Positions 15,496 to 24,023 of a DNA stretch of 43,018 bases are shown piece after piece; positions within the stretch are counted from its first letter, which is position 1; every line of letters starts with the position of its first letter. Under the pieces are notes generated by a model. That model searched no databases. It saw only the letters and a program-made list of their open reading frames with translations, and was not told the DNA's origin. The position numbers were made by a program, and so were the translations under genes. The stretch lies in assembly GCA_918241715.1 (NCBI GenBank), contig CAKJYB010000014.1, forward strand, positions 1 to 43,018, given 5' to 3'. The DNA is from Clostridiales bacterium. GTDB taxonomy: Bacteria; Bacillota; Clostridia; Christensenellales; UBA1242.

Positions 15496-15620
15496 AAAAA
15501 ACCCATCGTCTGATGGGTTTAAAAGATCTTTTATCCCATCGCTCAGCCTTTAGCACCTTGCAAATGCAGGTTGCTGTGTGGTCATCGGGGCTGTCCCTGG
15601 CACACTCTTTATGGTTCTGC
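15496..15620 (-). promoter_or_regulatory. SAM-I (S-box) clan riboswitch with intrinsic terminator
   Basis: Minus strand: CCATAAAGAGTGTGCCAGGGACAGCCCCGATGACCACACAGCAACCTGCATTTGCAAGGTGCTAAAGGCTGAGCGATGG contains the conserved S-box elements AAGAG, AGGGA, GATGA (kink-turn), GCAACC and GGTGCTAAA. Terminator AAACCCATC-AGAC-GATGGGTTT plus T run at 15496..15520. GATGGG occurs in both the P1 3' strand and the terminator 3' arm, giving the antiterminator alternative. Confidence 0.75.
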
Positions 15621-15624
15621 GTGT

Positions 15625-15653
15625 ATTATAGCATAACAATTTTAAAATAGCAA
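15625..15653 (-). promoter_or_regulatory. Candidate promoter of the S-box leader
   Basis: Minus strand: -35 TTGCTA (15648..15653), 17-nt spacer ending TGC, -10 TATAAT (15625..15630). Confidence 0.5.
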
Positions 15654-15659
15654 CACTTT

Positions 15660-17009
15660 TTATTTTAAATCATAAAATGCTTTGTATGCTCTGTAAGTTT
15701 CATAAACGTCAATCTTGCTTGTTATTTCCCATGGTGCATGCATGTTTAAAACTGGCACTCCGGCGTCAATAACGTCCATGCCATATTTTGCCATGATGTA
15801 AGCAATTGTTCCACCACCACCTTGGTCAACCTTTCCCATTTCGGTAGCCTGATAAGCAACTTTTGCAGTGTCAAGGCAGTTTCTTAAACGTGCAATAAAC
15901 TCTGGGTTTGCATCGTTTGCTCCACTCTTGCCACGGCTTCCGGTAAACTTGTTAAAACTGATTCCTTTTGCAAAGTGGGCATCTGTTTCAACATTAAATG
16001 CGTCTGCATAGTTTGGATCAACAGCAGCAGTGACATCACTTGACAACATTCTTGAATTTTTAAGTGCTCTTCTAAGTGCAAGTTCGCTGTATTGTCCACA
16101 CAAATTCATAATTTCTGCAATTGTATTTTCAAAGAATCTGCTCTCCATTCCTGTTGCACCAACGCTTCCAATTTCTTCTTTGTCAACAAGCAAATTCATA
16201 ACAGAATATTTTGGATTTTCTGTTTCCAAAATTGCCATCAATCCGGTGTAAGCACAAACCCTGTCGTCCTGTCCATATCCCAAAATCATGCTTCCGTCAA
16301 GCCCACAATCTCTTGCTCTTCCTGCTGGAACAACTTCCAACTCTGCAGAGAAAAAGTCTTCTTCTTCAACACCCTTTGCTTTGAGCAAGTTTAAAATGTA
16401 AGATTTAAACTTCTTTTCTTTTGCCTTCCCATCTGGCGTATTTCCAGCAATCAAGTTTAAGTCTTCTCCCTTGATTTCCTTTGTTCCGTTTCTGTCAAGG
16501 TGTGGCAAAAGGTCGCTTATGGAAAGCACAGGGCCGTCATTTTCTCCAAAAACAACGTCGATTTTCTTTCCATCTTTCTTTACAATAACCCCATGCACTG
16601 CAAGTGGTTGTGATGTCCATTGATATTTTTTGATTCCACCATAATAGTGTGTGTCAATCATACAAAATCCCTGACTTTCAAAAAATGGCTTTGCCTTAAA
16701 ATCAAGTCTTGGGCTGTCTACGTGTGCACCAACCATGTTTATACCATTTTCAAGTGGTTCTTTTCCCACAACAAAAGTCAACAAGTTTTTGCTCATATTT
16801 ACGGCATAAACCTTGTCGCCAGCTTTCAATTTTTTGCCAGTTTTCATAAGTTTTTCAAGGTTTTTAAATCCATGTTTCTCTGCTTGTTTTACGGCAAAAG
16901 AAACACACTCTCTTTCGGTTTTGCAATCACTCAAAAACACCTTATATCCCTTGCAAAACTCTTCAAGATTTTCTCTGTTTTGATAGTTCTCCCACAAATT
17001 TGTTTTCAT
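15660..17009 (-). CDS. M18-family aminopeptidase (aminopeptidase 1-like)
   Basis: 449 aa. VGAHVDSPRLDFK, HYYGGIKKYQW and C-terminal GGGGTIA...GVPVLNMHAP patterns resemble M18 aspartyl/aminopeptidase 1 proteins. SD AAAGGAGAG upstream. Confidence 0.7.
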   Translation of the reverse strand: MKTNLWENYQNRENLEEFCKGYKVFLSDCKTERECVSFAVKQAEKHGFKNLEKLMKTGKKLKAGDKVYAVNMSKNLLTFVVGKEPLENGINMVGAHVDSPRLDFKAKPFFESQGFCMIDTHYYGGIKKYQWTSQPLAVHGVIVKKDGKKIDVVFGENDGPVLSISDLLPHLDRNGTKEIKGEDLNLIAGNTPDGKAKEKKFKSYILNLLKAKGVEEEDFFSAELEVVPAGRARDCGLDGSMILGYGQDDRVCAYTGLMAILETENPKYSVMNLLVDKEEIGSVGATGMESRFFENTIAEIMNLCGQYSELALRRALKNSRMLSSDVTAAVDPNYADAFNVETDAHFAKGISFNKFTGSRGKSGANDANPEFIARLRNCLDTAKVAYQATEMGKVDQGGGGTIAYIMAKYGMDVIDAGVPVLNMHAPWEITSKIDVYETYRAYKAFYDLK

Positions 17010-17086
17010 TTATCTCTCCTTTAAAAACATTATACACAAAACATTTTTCAAAAAGAAAAGAATTCTTGGTCTTTTCCAAAAATTCT

Positions 17087-17620
17087 TTAATCTTGTTTTT
17101 CTTCTGTTTGCTGTTTCTGTTCTGCTTTTTTCTTCTTTGGTTTTTCTTTCTTTTGAGCAGTGTTTATGGAATTTCTGTAAACGACATATCTTGTCCACAA
17201 AAATTCTGTAATCAAATTTATGAACATTGTAAGTCCTAGCACGATATATTCGTTCCAGCCGACCTTTGTAAGGGCTTCTCCCCACCAAATTGAAAGTGGC
17301 GTAAACACACAATAAAATGCAAAGACTAAGAGCATGGCAATCGGAATATTGTTTGCACTTTTAAACGTAAACTTTCTGTTTATTGTAAAGTTCCACAAAA
17401 CTGAAAGGAAAAGAGAGATAAAATAAGACCAGCCGTATTCATGCCCTATGTCCTTGATAATCAATTCATTCAAAAGTGTAAAGGACAAAACCTGCACAGC
17501 CCCAGCGCTTATAGAAAAAAGAACAAACTTTACAAAATTCCATGCTTCTTGTTTTTTTGTAAGTTTTTGACTTTTTGGTTTTTCTTGTTCTACTTTTTCT
17601 TCTGTTTCTTTGTTTTCCAT
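17087..17620 (-). CDS. GtrA-family membrane protein
   Basis: Start set to MENKETEE (17620). Four TM helices with the WNFTINRKFTF motif typical of GtrA-like proteins. Lys-rich C-terminal tail. Confidence 0.65.
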   Translation of the reverse strand: MENKETEEKVEQEKPKSQKLTKKQEAWNFVKFVLFSISAGAVQVLSFTLLNELIIKDIGHEYGWSYFISLFLSVLWNFTINRKFTFKSANNIPIAMLLVFAFYCVFTPLSIWWGEALTKVGWNEYIVLGLTMFINLITEFLWTRYVVYRNSINTAQKKEKPKKKKAEQKQQTEEKQD

Positions 17621-17747
17621 AACAAAAATATACCACAAAACACTCAAAAAATAAAATTTTTTAACAAAAAAATCAAAAAATTGCTTCCGAATTCAATTTT
17701 TCAAATATGTTTGTTTGTTTTTTATCTCTTAAATATGCGTTTTTAAA

Positions 17748-17776
17748 TTGACAAAAATTTTATTTTAATTTAAAAT
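17748..17776 (+). promoter_or_regulatory. Candidate promoter of the acyltransferase gene
   Basis: -35 TTGACA (17748..17753), 17-nt spacer, -10 TAAAAT (17771..17776). SD AAAGGAG before ATG 17803. Confidence 0.45.
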
Positions 17777-17802
17777 AAAATGTCAAAACGGAAAGGAGAA
17801 AA

Positions 17803-18678
17803 ATGGATAGACCATATATTTCTTACAAAAGGGTTTGTCAACTTGTAGACGAAGAAAATCTTGACATCAACGAAACAAGCAAAAACGTTTCATTAAACCC
17901 TGAGATAATGAAAAACAAGGTAGACGAAAATTATAAGTTTGTTTTGAAGAATGTGTTTTTTAAAACATTCTCTTTTATCTTTTACATTTTTGTCTTTGTT
18001 GTGCTTGGTATGTTTTTGTGGTTCTATTATCTCCCAAAAGTAAAGGGCAGAAAGAATCTTAAGAAAATCAAAAATGCTGTTTTTGTTTCAAACCACGTCT
18101 TTGCCCTTGATTGTGCAATTTTGGACATTTATGCACTTCCATTTAAAAGACCATACATAGTTGCTGACAAAAATTCGTTTTCTTTGCCAATCGTAAAACC
18201 AATCATTCGTTCTCTTTTGGCTGTGCCTATTCCAGAAGAAATTGGGCCTTACAAAAACTTTGTGAAAAGTTTGGATAGAGAATTGCAACACGGCAAAAGT
18301 TTGCTTATATATCCAGAGGGTTCCTTGTGGCCATACTTCCCACAGGTCAGACCTTTCAAAAACGGCGCTTTCAGGTTTGCAGTAAAAAACAATCTTCCCG
18401 TTGTGCCTATTGTTTTGAGTTTTAGAAAACCAAACTGGTTTTATAGAATGTTGGGAAGAAGATCCCCACTTATCACAATCAACATTCTTCCAGCTGTTTA
18501 CATCGACAAGGACTGCAACGCAAGAGAAGAAGAGTGCAGAGTCAACGCCCTTGTAAACGAAAAAATGAAAGCCTGCATGAGAGAAAACAACAAATATGTT
18601 TTCATAAACCAAAAACAACTTAAAAAGGAACAAAAACTTTTCCCAAAAGAGCCAAAACCAGACTTGATTAAAGACTAA
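17803..18678 (+). CDS. Lysophospholipid (1-acyl-sn-glycerol-3-phosphate) acyltransferase family protein
   Basis: HX4D motif NHVFALD and YPEGS motif of PlsC/LPLAT acyltransferases. N-terminal TM helix. Confidence 0.75.
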   Translation: MDRPYISYKRVCQLVDEENLDINETSKNVSLNPEIMKNKVDENYKFVLKNVFFKTFSFIFYIFVFVVLGMFLWFYYLPKVKGRKNLKKIKNAVFVSNHVFALDCAILDIYALPFKRPYIVADKNSFSLPIVKPIIRSLLAVPIPEEIGPYKNFVKSLDRELQHGKSLLIYPEGSLWPYFPQVRPFKNGAFRFAVKNNLPVVPIVLSFRKPNWFYRMLGRRSPLITINILPAVYIDKDCNAREEECRVNALVNEKMKACMRENNKYVFINQKQLKKEQKLFPKEPKPDLIKD

Positions 18679-18707
18679 AAAAAGAGCTAAAAACCAGCTC
18701 TTTTTTC
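18677..18707. terminator. Bidirectional terminator
   Basis: A run, AGAGCT-AAAAACC-AGCTCT hairpin, T6 run, located between convergent genes. Confidence 0.7.
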
Positions 18708-18711
18708 TTCT

Positions 18712-19428
18712 CTACTTTTTTTCTCCTGTTATTTTTTTGATATATCTTTCTACAACATTAACAGATTCGTATATCGTATTGAATTTTCTCCCATCAATTT
18801 TTATTCCGCCAATATAATCAAATATAACTGGAAATATTATTTCTTCCTTTTTTTCTTTTATTTTGATTGAGAATAAAAGGGTTTTGCAAATGTTCGGTCC
18901 TGATGTTGATATTGGAATCGCTACGCCTGTTTCTGTAGGAACAAACAAACGTCTTTTTGTTGGTCTTATGTCCCCACTTAAACCACAAGAAGATATCTCT
19001 GAAAAGTCGCAAACATAAAGAACTAAATCTCCATAATCTGGAATAATAATTTTTTTGTTTTTTCTGTCCAATGCAATAAACAGATTGCCTTCTTTGTTAT
19101 CTAATGTGTGCACATCTTTTATATGTAAAACCAAATCATACTTTATTTGATTATTAGTTAAAATCTTTCTTGCTTTTTCGTTTATTGCTTTTTGTGTTGA
19201 TGTGTAATTTGAATTCTGAAAAGCTCTTATTATCGGTTCAATAATACACAAAAAGACTATTATTAAAACAAATGCAATAGCAAAAGCTATCCCCCACTTA
19301 TATATTGCAATCGCTATCAACAATGCTGAAACGCTTAGCATTGCAAAGATTATTACAACAATCAAAGCCCATTGGTCGCTTGTAAGATGCCATTTTGCAT
19401 CTTCTATATCTATTTTATGTTTTTCCAT
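18712..19428 (-). CDS. Membrane-anchored hypothetical protein
   Basis: Start set to ATG 19428 (MEKHKIDIED...) with an AAAGGA SD-like element. The ORF track start at 19461 is a TTG. Two TM helices followed by a ~150-aa soluble domain. No family recognised. Confidence 0.5.
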   Translation of the reverse strand: MEKHKIDIEDAKWHLTSDQWALIVVIIFAMLSVSALLIAIAIYKWGIAFAIAFVLIIVFLCIIEPIIRAFQNSNYTSTQKAINEKARKILTNNQIKYDLVLHIKDVHTLDNKEGNLFIALDRKNKKIIIPDYGDLVLYVCDFSEISSCGLSGDIRPTKRRLFVPTETGVAIPISTSGPNICKTLLFSIKIKEKKEEIIFPVIFDYIGGIKIDGRKFNTIYESVNVVERYIKKITGEKK

Positions 19429-19510
19429 ATCCGTCCTTTCAAAAAAATTATATTTCTTCAAAATTTCTGTGTCAAATGATAAAAAGAAAATCTTATCCTA
19501 AGACAAGGTC

Positions 19511-20197
19511 CTAATATCCCCTAAGCACAACTTCTTTTATGTTTGCTGAAAGGATTTTTGCAAATTCTTCAGCTTCTTCTTTTTTTACTTCATGCAGATT
19601 TTTGTTGAAAACTCCGTCGCTAAGTTTAAATTTTTGAAGATACAAAATTTTCTCTCCGTCCAAATCTTTTGCAAGTTTTTCAATGTTTTCTCTGTTGTGA
19701 TATTCGTCAATCAGTGTTGTACGGAGTTCGTAGTCAACGCCATATTCTTTTAAGAGTTTAATAGACTTTTTGATTCCGTCAACGTTTACGTTTTTTACAC
19801 CACAAATTGAATAATAGTCGTCAAAGTTGTTTTTTATATCAATGGCAACATAGTCTAAAAGTTTTTTGTCCAAAAGCTCTTTAAGTTTGTCAGGATTTGT
19901 TCCGTTTGTATCAAGTTTTACCAGGTATCCCATGTTTTTAAGTCTTTCGATAAACAAAGTCAAATCTCTCTGGAGTGTTGGTTCTCCACCACTAACAACA
20001 ACCCCGTCCAAAAGCTTTTTTCTGCTTTCAAGATATTCTATGATTTCGTTTTCGTTATAACTTTGATAAACTTTTTCCACAATTCCACTATTATGGCAAA
20101 ATGGACAACGAAAATTGCACCCACCTGTAAATAGGACGGCGCAAATTTTGTCTTTGTAGTCCACCATTGAAACTTTTTCTATTCCTAAGATTTCCAT
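19511..20197 (-). CDS. nrdG: Anaerobic ribonucleoside-triphosphate reductase activating protein (radical SAM)
   Basis: CNFRCPFCHN radical-SAM cluster motif and GGEPTLQ. Start set to MEILGIEK (20197), overlapping the trxB-like stop by 13 nt. Confidence 0.85.
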   Translation of the reverse strand: MEILGIEKVSMVDYKDKICAVLFTGGCNFRCPFCHNSGIVEKVYQSYNENEIIEYLESRKKLLDGVVVSGGEPTLQRDLTLFIERLKNMGYLVKLDTNGTNPDKLKELLDKKLLDYVAIDIKNNFDDYYSICGVKNVNVDGIKKSIKLLKEYGVDYELRTTLIDEYHNRENIEKLAKDLDGEKILYLQKFKLSDGVFNKNLHEVKKEEAEEFAKILSANIKEVVLRGY

Positions 20198-21111
20198 AAA
20201 TTCCCTGCATTCATGTCGATATACTTGCAAGCAAATGTTCCTGCAGTTGCCCCATCTCCAACAGCTGTTGCAACCTGTCTTACAGCTTTCTGTCTGCAAT
20301 CTCCTGCAGCAAAAACGCCTTCACAAGAGGTCTTGCAACAATCGTCAGCAACAATAAATCCACGTTCGTCAATTTCAACAAGATTTTTAAAAATTTTGTT
20401 GTTTGGAATTTGTCCAACAGCAACAAAAACGGCGTTTGTTTTGTGTTCGAATTCTGTGCCGTCTGTCTTTCTAAACGTTATACTCTCAAGAGAGTCTTTT
20501 CCGTTGAGTTTTGTTGACCTACAACCATAAAAGGCTTGTATGTTTTTTTTCTGCAAAATCTTCTCTTCAAGGGCTTTTTCTCCAGAAAACTTGTTTCCGG
20601 AAACAAAAATGTTGACTTTTGAACAATAATTTGCAAGCATAATTGCAAATTGCATTCCACTATTTCCACCACCAATCACAGAAACTTCTTTTCCTGCATA
20701 AAATGGTCCGTCGCAAATTGCACAATAATAGACCCCCTTTCCAACAAACCTGTCTTCGTTTTCAAGTCCAAGCGTTCTGTGTTTGAGTCCAGATGCAATA
20801 ATCACGGCTTTTGCTTCGTGTGAAGCATAGTCTGTTTTTACAACAAACCTGTCTCCAACCTTTTCAATTTTTTCCACATTTTCAACTTCAAACTCTGCTC
20901 CAAGTGCCGACATTTGTTCAAAAGTTTTGTCGGCAAGCTCATTCCCAGAAATTTGAGAAAAAGATGGGTAGTTTTGGACGTTTGGAGATTGTGTGATTTG
21001 TCCACCAATGGACTCTTTTTCAATCACCAAAACACTTTTTTTCTCTCTTAAAGCGTAAATGGCAGATGTCATACCTGCCATTCCACTTCCAATAACAATT
21101 ATGTCAAACAT
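20185..21111 (-). CDS. Thioredoxin-reductase-like flavoprotein lacking the NADPH HRRxxxR motif
   Basis: GSGMAG FAD motif, redox-active CAICDG and GGGNSG second dinucleotide motif. Where TrxB has VHLIHRRDxFRA, this protein has VNIFVSGNKFSG. Confidence 0.8.
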   Translation of the reverse strand: MFDIIVIGSGMAGMTSAIYALREKKSVLVIEKESIGGQITQSPNVQNYPSFSQISGNELADKTFEQMSALGAEFEVENVEKIEKVGDRFVVKTDYASHEAKAVIIASGLKHRTLGLENEDRFVGKGVYYCAICDGPFYAGKEVSVIGGGNSGMQFAIMLANYCSKVNIFVSGNKFSGEKALEEKILQKKNIQAFYGCRSTKLNGKDSLESITFRKTDGTEFEHKTNAVFVAVGQIPNNKIFKNLVEIDERGFIVADDCCKTSCEGVFAAGDCRQKAVRQVATAVGDGATAGTFACKYIDMNAGNLWKS

Positions 21112-21114
21112 TGA

Positions 21115-23478
21115 TTATTGTCTTCCTTCGATGTATTTTTTGATGTCAGAAACATTTTCAAGTCTTGTTTCTTTGCCCCTTACTTTAACAAACATTGTTG
21201 GAGCTTTTGTAACATTAAGTTTTTTTGCAAGTTCTGTGTTTTGTGTTGCATCAACAACTTCAAAGTCAACACCTGCTTTTTCTAAGAGCATTTTTGCCAT
21301 CTTGCAGTTTGGGCAAGTTGGAGTTGTGAAAAGAAGTGGTTTTTTGCAATCGCAAACTTCTTCTTTCTTTTCTTCTTTCTTTTCGCATCCGTGTCTGCAA
21401 AGATGTGAATGTTCAATATCATATTCTTTTCTTTCTTTAAATTCTTGAGCCTTTCCGTCGTTCCAGTTTTGAATTGGACGATAATATCCTGTAATTCTGC
21501 TGTAAACTTCAGTTTTTGCTCCACATTCTGGGCAGGTGTATTGTTCGCCTGTTATGTATCCATGAGTTGCACAAACAGAATATGTTGGGCTTATTGTATA
21601 ATATGGAAGACGATAGTTTTCTGCAATTTTTCTTACAAGATTCATTGTGGCTTTCCAGTCGTCAAGTTTTTGTCCCAAGAAAGCATGGAAAACCGTTCCT
21701 GAAGTGTAGAGTGTTTGCAGTTCGTCCTGAACGTCAAGAGCCTTGAAGATGTCTTCTGTGTAGCCAACAGGCAAATGGCTTGAGTTTGTATAATATGGAG
21801 CATCGTCGTTTCCTGTTGCTGTGATAATGTCTGGATAACGCTTTCTGTCATGTTTTGCAAGACGGAATGCTGTTGATTCTGCAGGAGTTGCTTCCAAGTT
21901 GTACAAATCGCCATACATTTCTTGATAGTCAGAAAGTTTTTCTCTCATAAAGTTTAAAACTTTCTTTGTAAATCTTTGTGCTTCTTCGTTTGTGAGATCT
22001 TTTCTAATCCAATTTGCATTTAAGCATGCTTCGTTCATTCCAACAAGACCAATTGTTGAGAAGTGGTTGTTGAATGTTCCCAAATAACGCTTTGTGTAAG
22101 GATAAAGCCCTGCTTCTAGAAGTTTTGTGATTGTATCACGTTTTACTTTCAAGCTTCTTGCAGCAACGTCCATCATGTGTGTAAGTCTTTCAAAAAATTC
22201 GTCTTCTGTCTTTGAAAGATATGCAATTCTTGGCATGTTTATTGTAACAACACCGACTGATCCTGTGCTTTCTCCAGAGCCGAAGAATCCACCAGATTTC
22301 TTTCTGAGTTCTCTAAGGTCCAAACGAAGTCTGCAACACATGCTTCTTACGTCGCTTGGCTCCATATCAGAATTTATGTAGTTTGAAAAATATGGTGTGC
22401 CGTATTTTGTTGTCATTTCAAACAAAAGTTTGTTGTTTTCTGTCTCTGACCAGTCAAAGTTTCTTGTGATTGAATATGTTGGAATTGGGTATTGGAATCC
22501 ACGTCCGTTTGCGTCCCCCTCAATCATGATTTCAATGAAAGCCTTGTTGATCATTGCCATTTCTTTTACACAATCTTTATATTTGAAATCCATTTCTCTT
22601 CCACCTACAATGCAGTTGAGTTCTGCAAGGTCAGCAGGAACAACCCAGTCAAGTGTAATGTTTGTAAATGGTGCTTGTGTTCCCCAACGTGATGGTGTGT
22701 TTACCCCATAAACAAATGATTGAATACATTGTTTTACTTGTTTGTAAGTCAAATTGTCAACTTTAACAAATGGAGCAAGATATGTATCAAAGGAAGAAAA
22801 TGCCTGTGCTCCAGCCCATTCGTTTTGCATAATCCCCAAAAAGTTTACCATTTGGTTGCAAAGTGTAGAAAGGTGATTTGCTGGAGAGCTTGTGATTTTT
22901 CCAGGAATTCCACCCAAACCTTCTTGAATAAGTTGTTTCAAAGACCAACCTGCACAATAACCTGTAAGCATTGAAAGGTCGTGAATGTGAATGTCTGCAT
23001 TCTTATGTGCATCACCAATTTCTTTGTCATAAACTTCGTTGAGCCAGTAGTTTGCTGTTATTGCCCCAGAGTTTGACAAAATAAGACCACCTACAGAATA
23101 TGTAACCGTTGAATTTTCTTTAACTCTCCAGTCAGAAAGTTTAAGGTATTTGTCAACCGTCTCTTTGTAATCTAAAAGAGTCTCTTTGATGTTTCTGATT
23201 TTTTCGTGCTCTCTTCTATAAAGAATGTATGCCTTTGCAACATCTTCATAGCCGTTTTTCATCAACACCTTTTCAACAATGTCTTGAACATCTTCAACTG
23301 ATGGAACTTGCTTATCAAATTTTTCTGTAAGATAAAGTTCTGTCAACTTTGCCATCTTTTTTACGTCTTTGATGTCTCCATAACCAAGCTCAAGCATTGC
23401 TTTTGTGATGGCATTTTCAATCTTTGTAATGTCATAATCCACCACTCTTCCGTCTCTTTTAATCACCGATTTAATCAT
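21115..23478 (-). CDS. nrdD: Class III (anaerobic) ribonucleotide reductase NrdD fused to a C-terminal glutaredoxin/NrdH-like domain
   Basis: N-terminal ATP-cone (VIKRDGRVVDYD). C-terminal Zn site CPECG and glycyl-radical motif SRITGYYRP. An additional ~97 aa carries TCPNCK in a thioredoxin-fold pattern (LLFTTPTCPNCKMAKMLLEKAGVDFEVVD...APTMFV). Confidence 0.9.
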   Translation of the reverse strand: MIKSVIKRDGRVVDYDITKIENAITKAMLELGYGDIKDVKKMAKLTELYLTEKFDKQVPSVEDVQDIVEKVLMKNGYEDVAKAYILYRREHEKIRNIKETLLDYKETVDKYLKLSDWRVKENSTVTYSVGGLILSNSGAITANYWLNEVYDKEIGDAHKNADIHIHDLSMLTGYCAGWSLKQLIQEGLGGIPGKITSSPANHLSTLCNQMVNFLGIMQNEWAGAQAFSSFDTYLAPFVKVDNLTYKQVKQCIQSFVYGVNTPSRWGTQAPFTNITLDWVVPADLAELNCIVGGREMDFKYKDCVKEMAMINKAFIEIMIEGDANGRGFQYPIPTYSITRNFDWSETENNKLLFEMTTKYGTPYFSNYINSDMEPSDVRSMCCRLRLDLRELRKKSGGFFGSGESTGSVGVVTINMPRIAYLSKTEDEFFERLTHMMDVAARSLKVKRDTITKLLEAGLYPYTKRYLGTFNNHFSTIGLVGMNEACLNANWIRKDLTNEEAQRFTKKVLNFMREKLSDYQEMYGDLYNLEATPAESTAFRLAKHDRKRYPDIITATGNDDAPYYTNSSHLPVGYTEDIFKALDVQDELQTLYTSGTVFHAFLGQKLDDWKATMNLVRKIAENYRLPYYTISPTYSVCATHGYITGEQYTCPECGAKTEVYSRITGYYRPIQNWNDGKAQEFKERKEYDIEHSHLCRHGCEKKEEKKEEVCDCKKPLLFTTPTCPNCKMAKMLLEKAGVDFEVVDATQNTELAKKLNVTKAPTMFVKVRGKETRLENVSDIKKYIEGRQ

Positions 23479-23508
23479 AAGTTTCTCCTTTGGTTGTTAT
23501 TCGCTTAA

Positions 23509-23558
23509 ACACAATATATAGTGTGAAGATGTTTTCTTTGACCCCACAACTTGTGTTC
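23509..23558 (-). promoter_or_regulatory. NrdR-box operators upstream of nrdD
   Basis: ACACAATATATAGTGT (23509..23524) fits the 16-bp NrdR palindrome acaCwAtATaTwGtgt. A second, weaker palindrome CACAACTTGTG is centred at 23550, about 33 bp away. Confidence 0.6.
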
Positions 23559-23567
23559 GCTACTCCT

Positions 23568-23597
23568 ATAATAAAACAATAAAAAACGTCTTGTCAA
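23568..23597 (-). promoter_or_regulatory. Candidate nrdD promoter
   Basis: Minus strand: -35 TTGACA (23592..23597), 18-nt spacer, -10 TATTAT (23568..23573). The NrdR boxes lie immediately downstream. Confidence 0.45.
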
Positions 23598-23796
23598 GAA
23601 AATTTTTGACAATTTTTTTGCAAAATTGACTATTGTTATTGAAACATAATCAACTGCCTTGGGATCCACCAAAAGAGCCACAAAAATTTTTGGGATTTTT
23701 TTCAATTTTTTGCTGAAATTTTCTCCAAATGTCTTTTTTTTGGTTTTTTGTTTCAATTGTTAATAAAAAAACAGAGAATACTTCCCTGTCTTTTTT

Positions 23797-23873
23797 TGGT
23801 GCTTTCGGCAGGATTTGAACCCGCAACTTCTTGGTTCGAAGCCAAGCACTCTATCCAGTTGAGTTACGAAAGC
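23797..23873 (-). tRNA. tRNA-Arg (anticodon UCG), CCA encoded
   Basis: Minus strand cloverleaf: acceptor GCTTTCG/CGAAAGC. Anticodon stem CTTGG/CCAAG with loop CTTCGAA. T arm GCGGG-TTCAAAT-CCTGC. A73 and CCA present. Confidence 0.85.
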
Positions 23874-23888
23874 GTCTTTTCTTTCTCA

Positions 23889-23918
23889 ATTCTAGCACCA
23901 ATTGTTTTTGTATGTCAA
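23889..23918 (-). promoter_or_regulatory. Promoter of tRNA-Arg
   Basis: Minus strand: -35 TTGACA (23913..23918), 18-nt spacer ending TGC, -10 TAGAAT (23889..23894), about 15 nt before the tRNA 5' end. Confidence 0.5.
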
Positions 23919-24023
23919 GGCTATAAGTATATAGATATAATATATAATTTTGATACAAAAAACATATTTAACTTGCTTTTTTTTTCTTTTGTGGTTAAAA
24001 TACCTTTATAAGGAGTTTAAAAA

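Noticed and set aside
18088-18633. 181-aa minus-strand ORF antisense to the acyltransferase gene
   Set aside because: The plus-strand frame carries the HX4D and PEGS acyltransferase motifs. The antisense frame has no signals.
23748-24011. 87-aa plus-strand ORF, together with ORF 23505..23756 (-), around tRNA-Arg and the nrdD regulatory region
   Set aside because: They overlap the tRNA-Arg gene, NrdR boxes and promoters. No SD is present.
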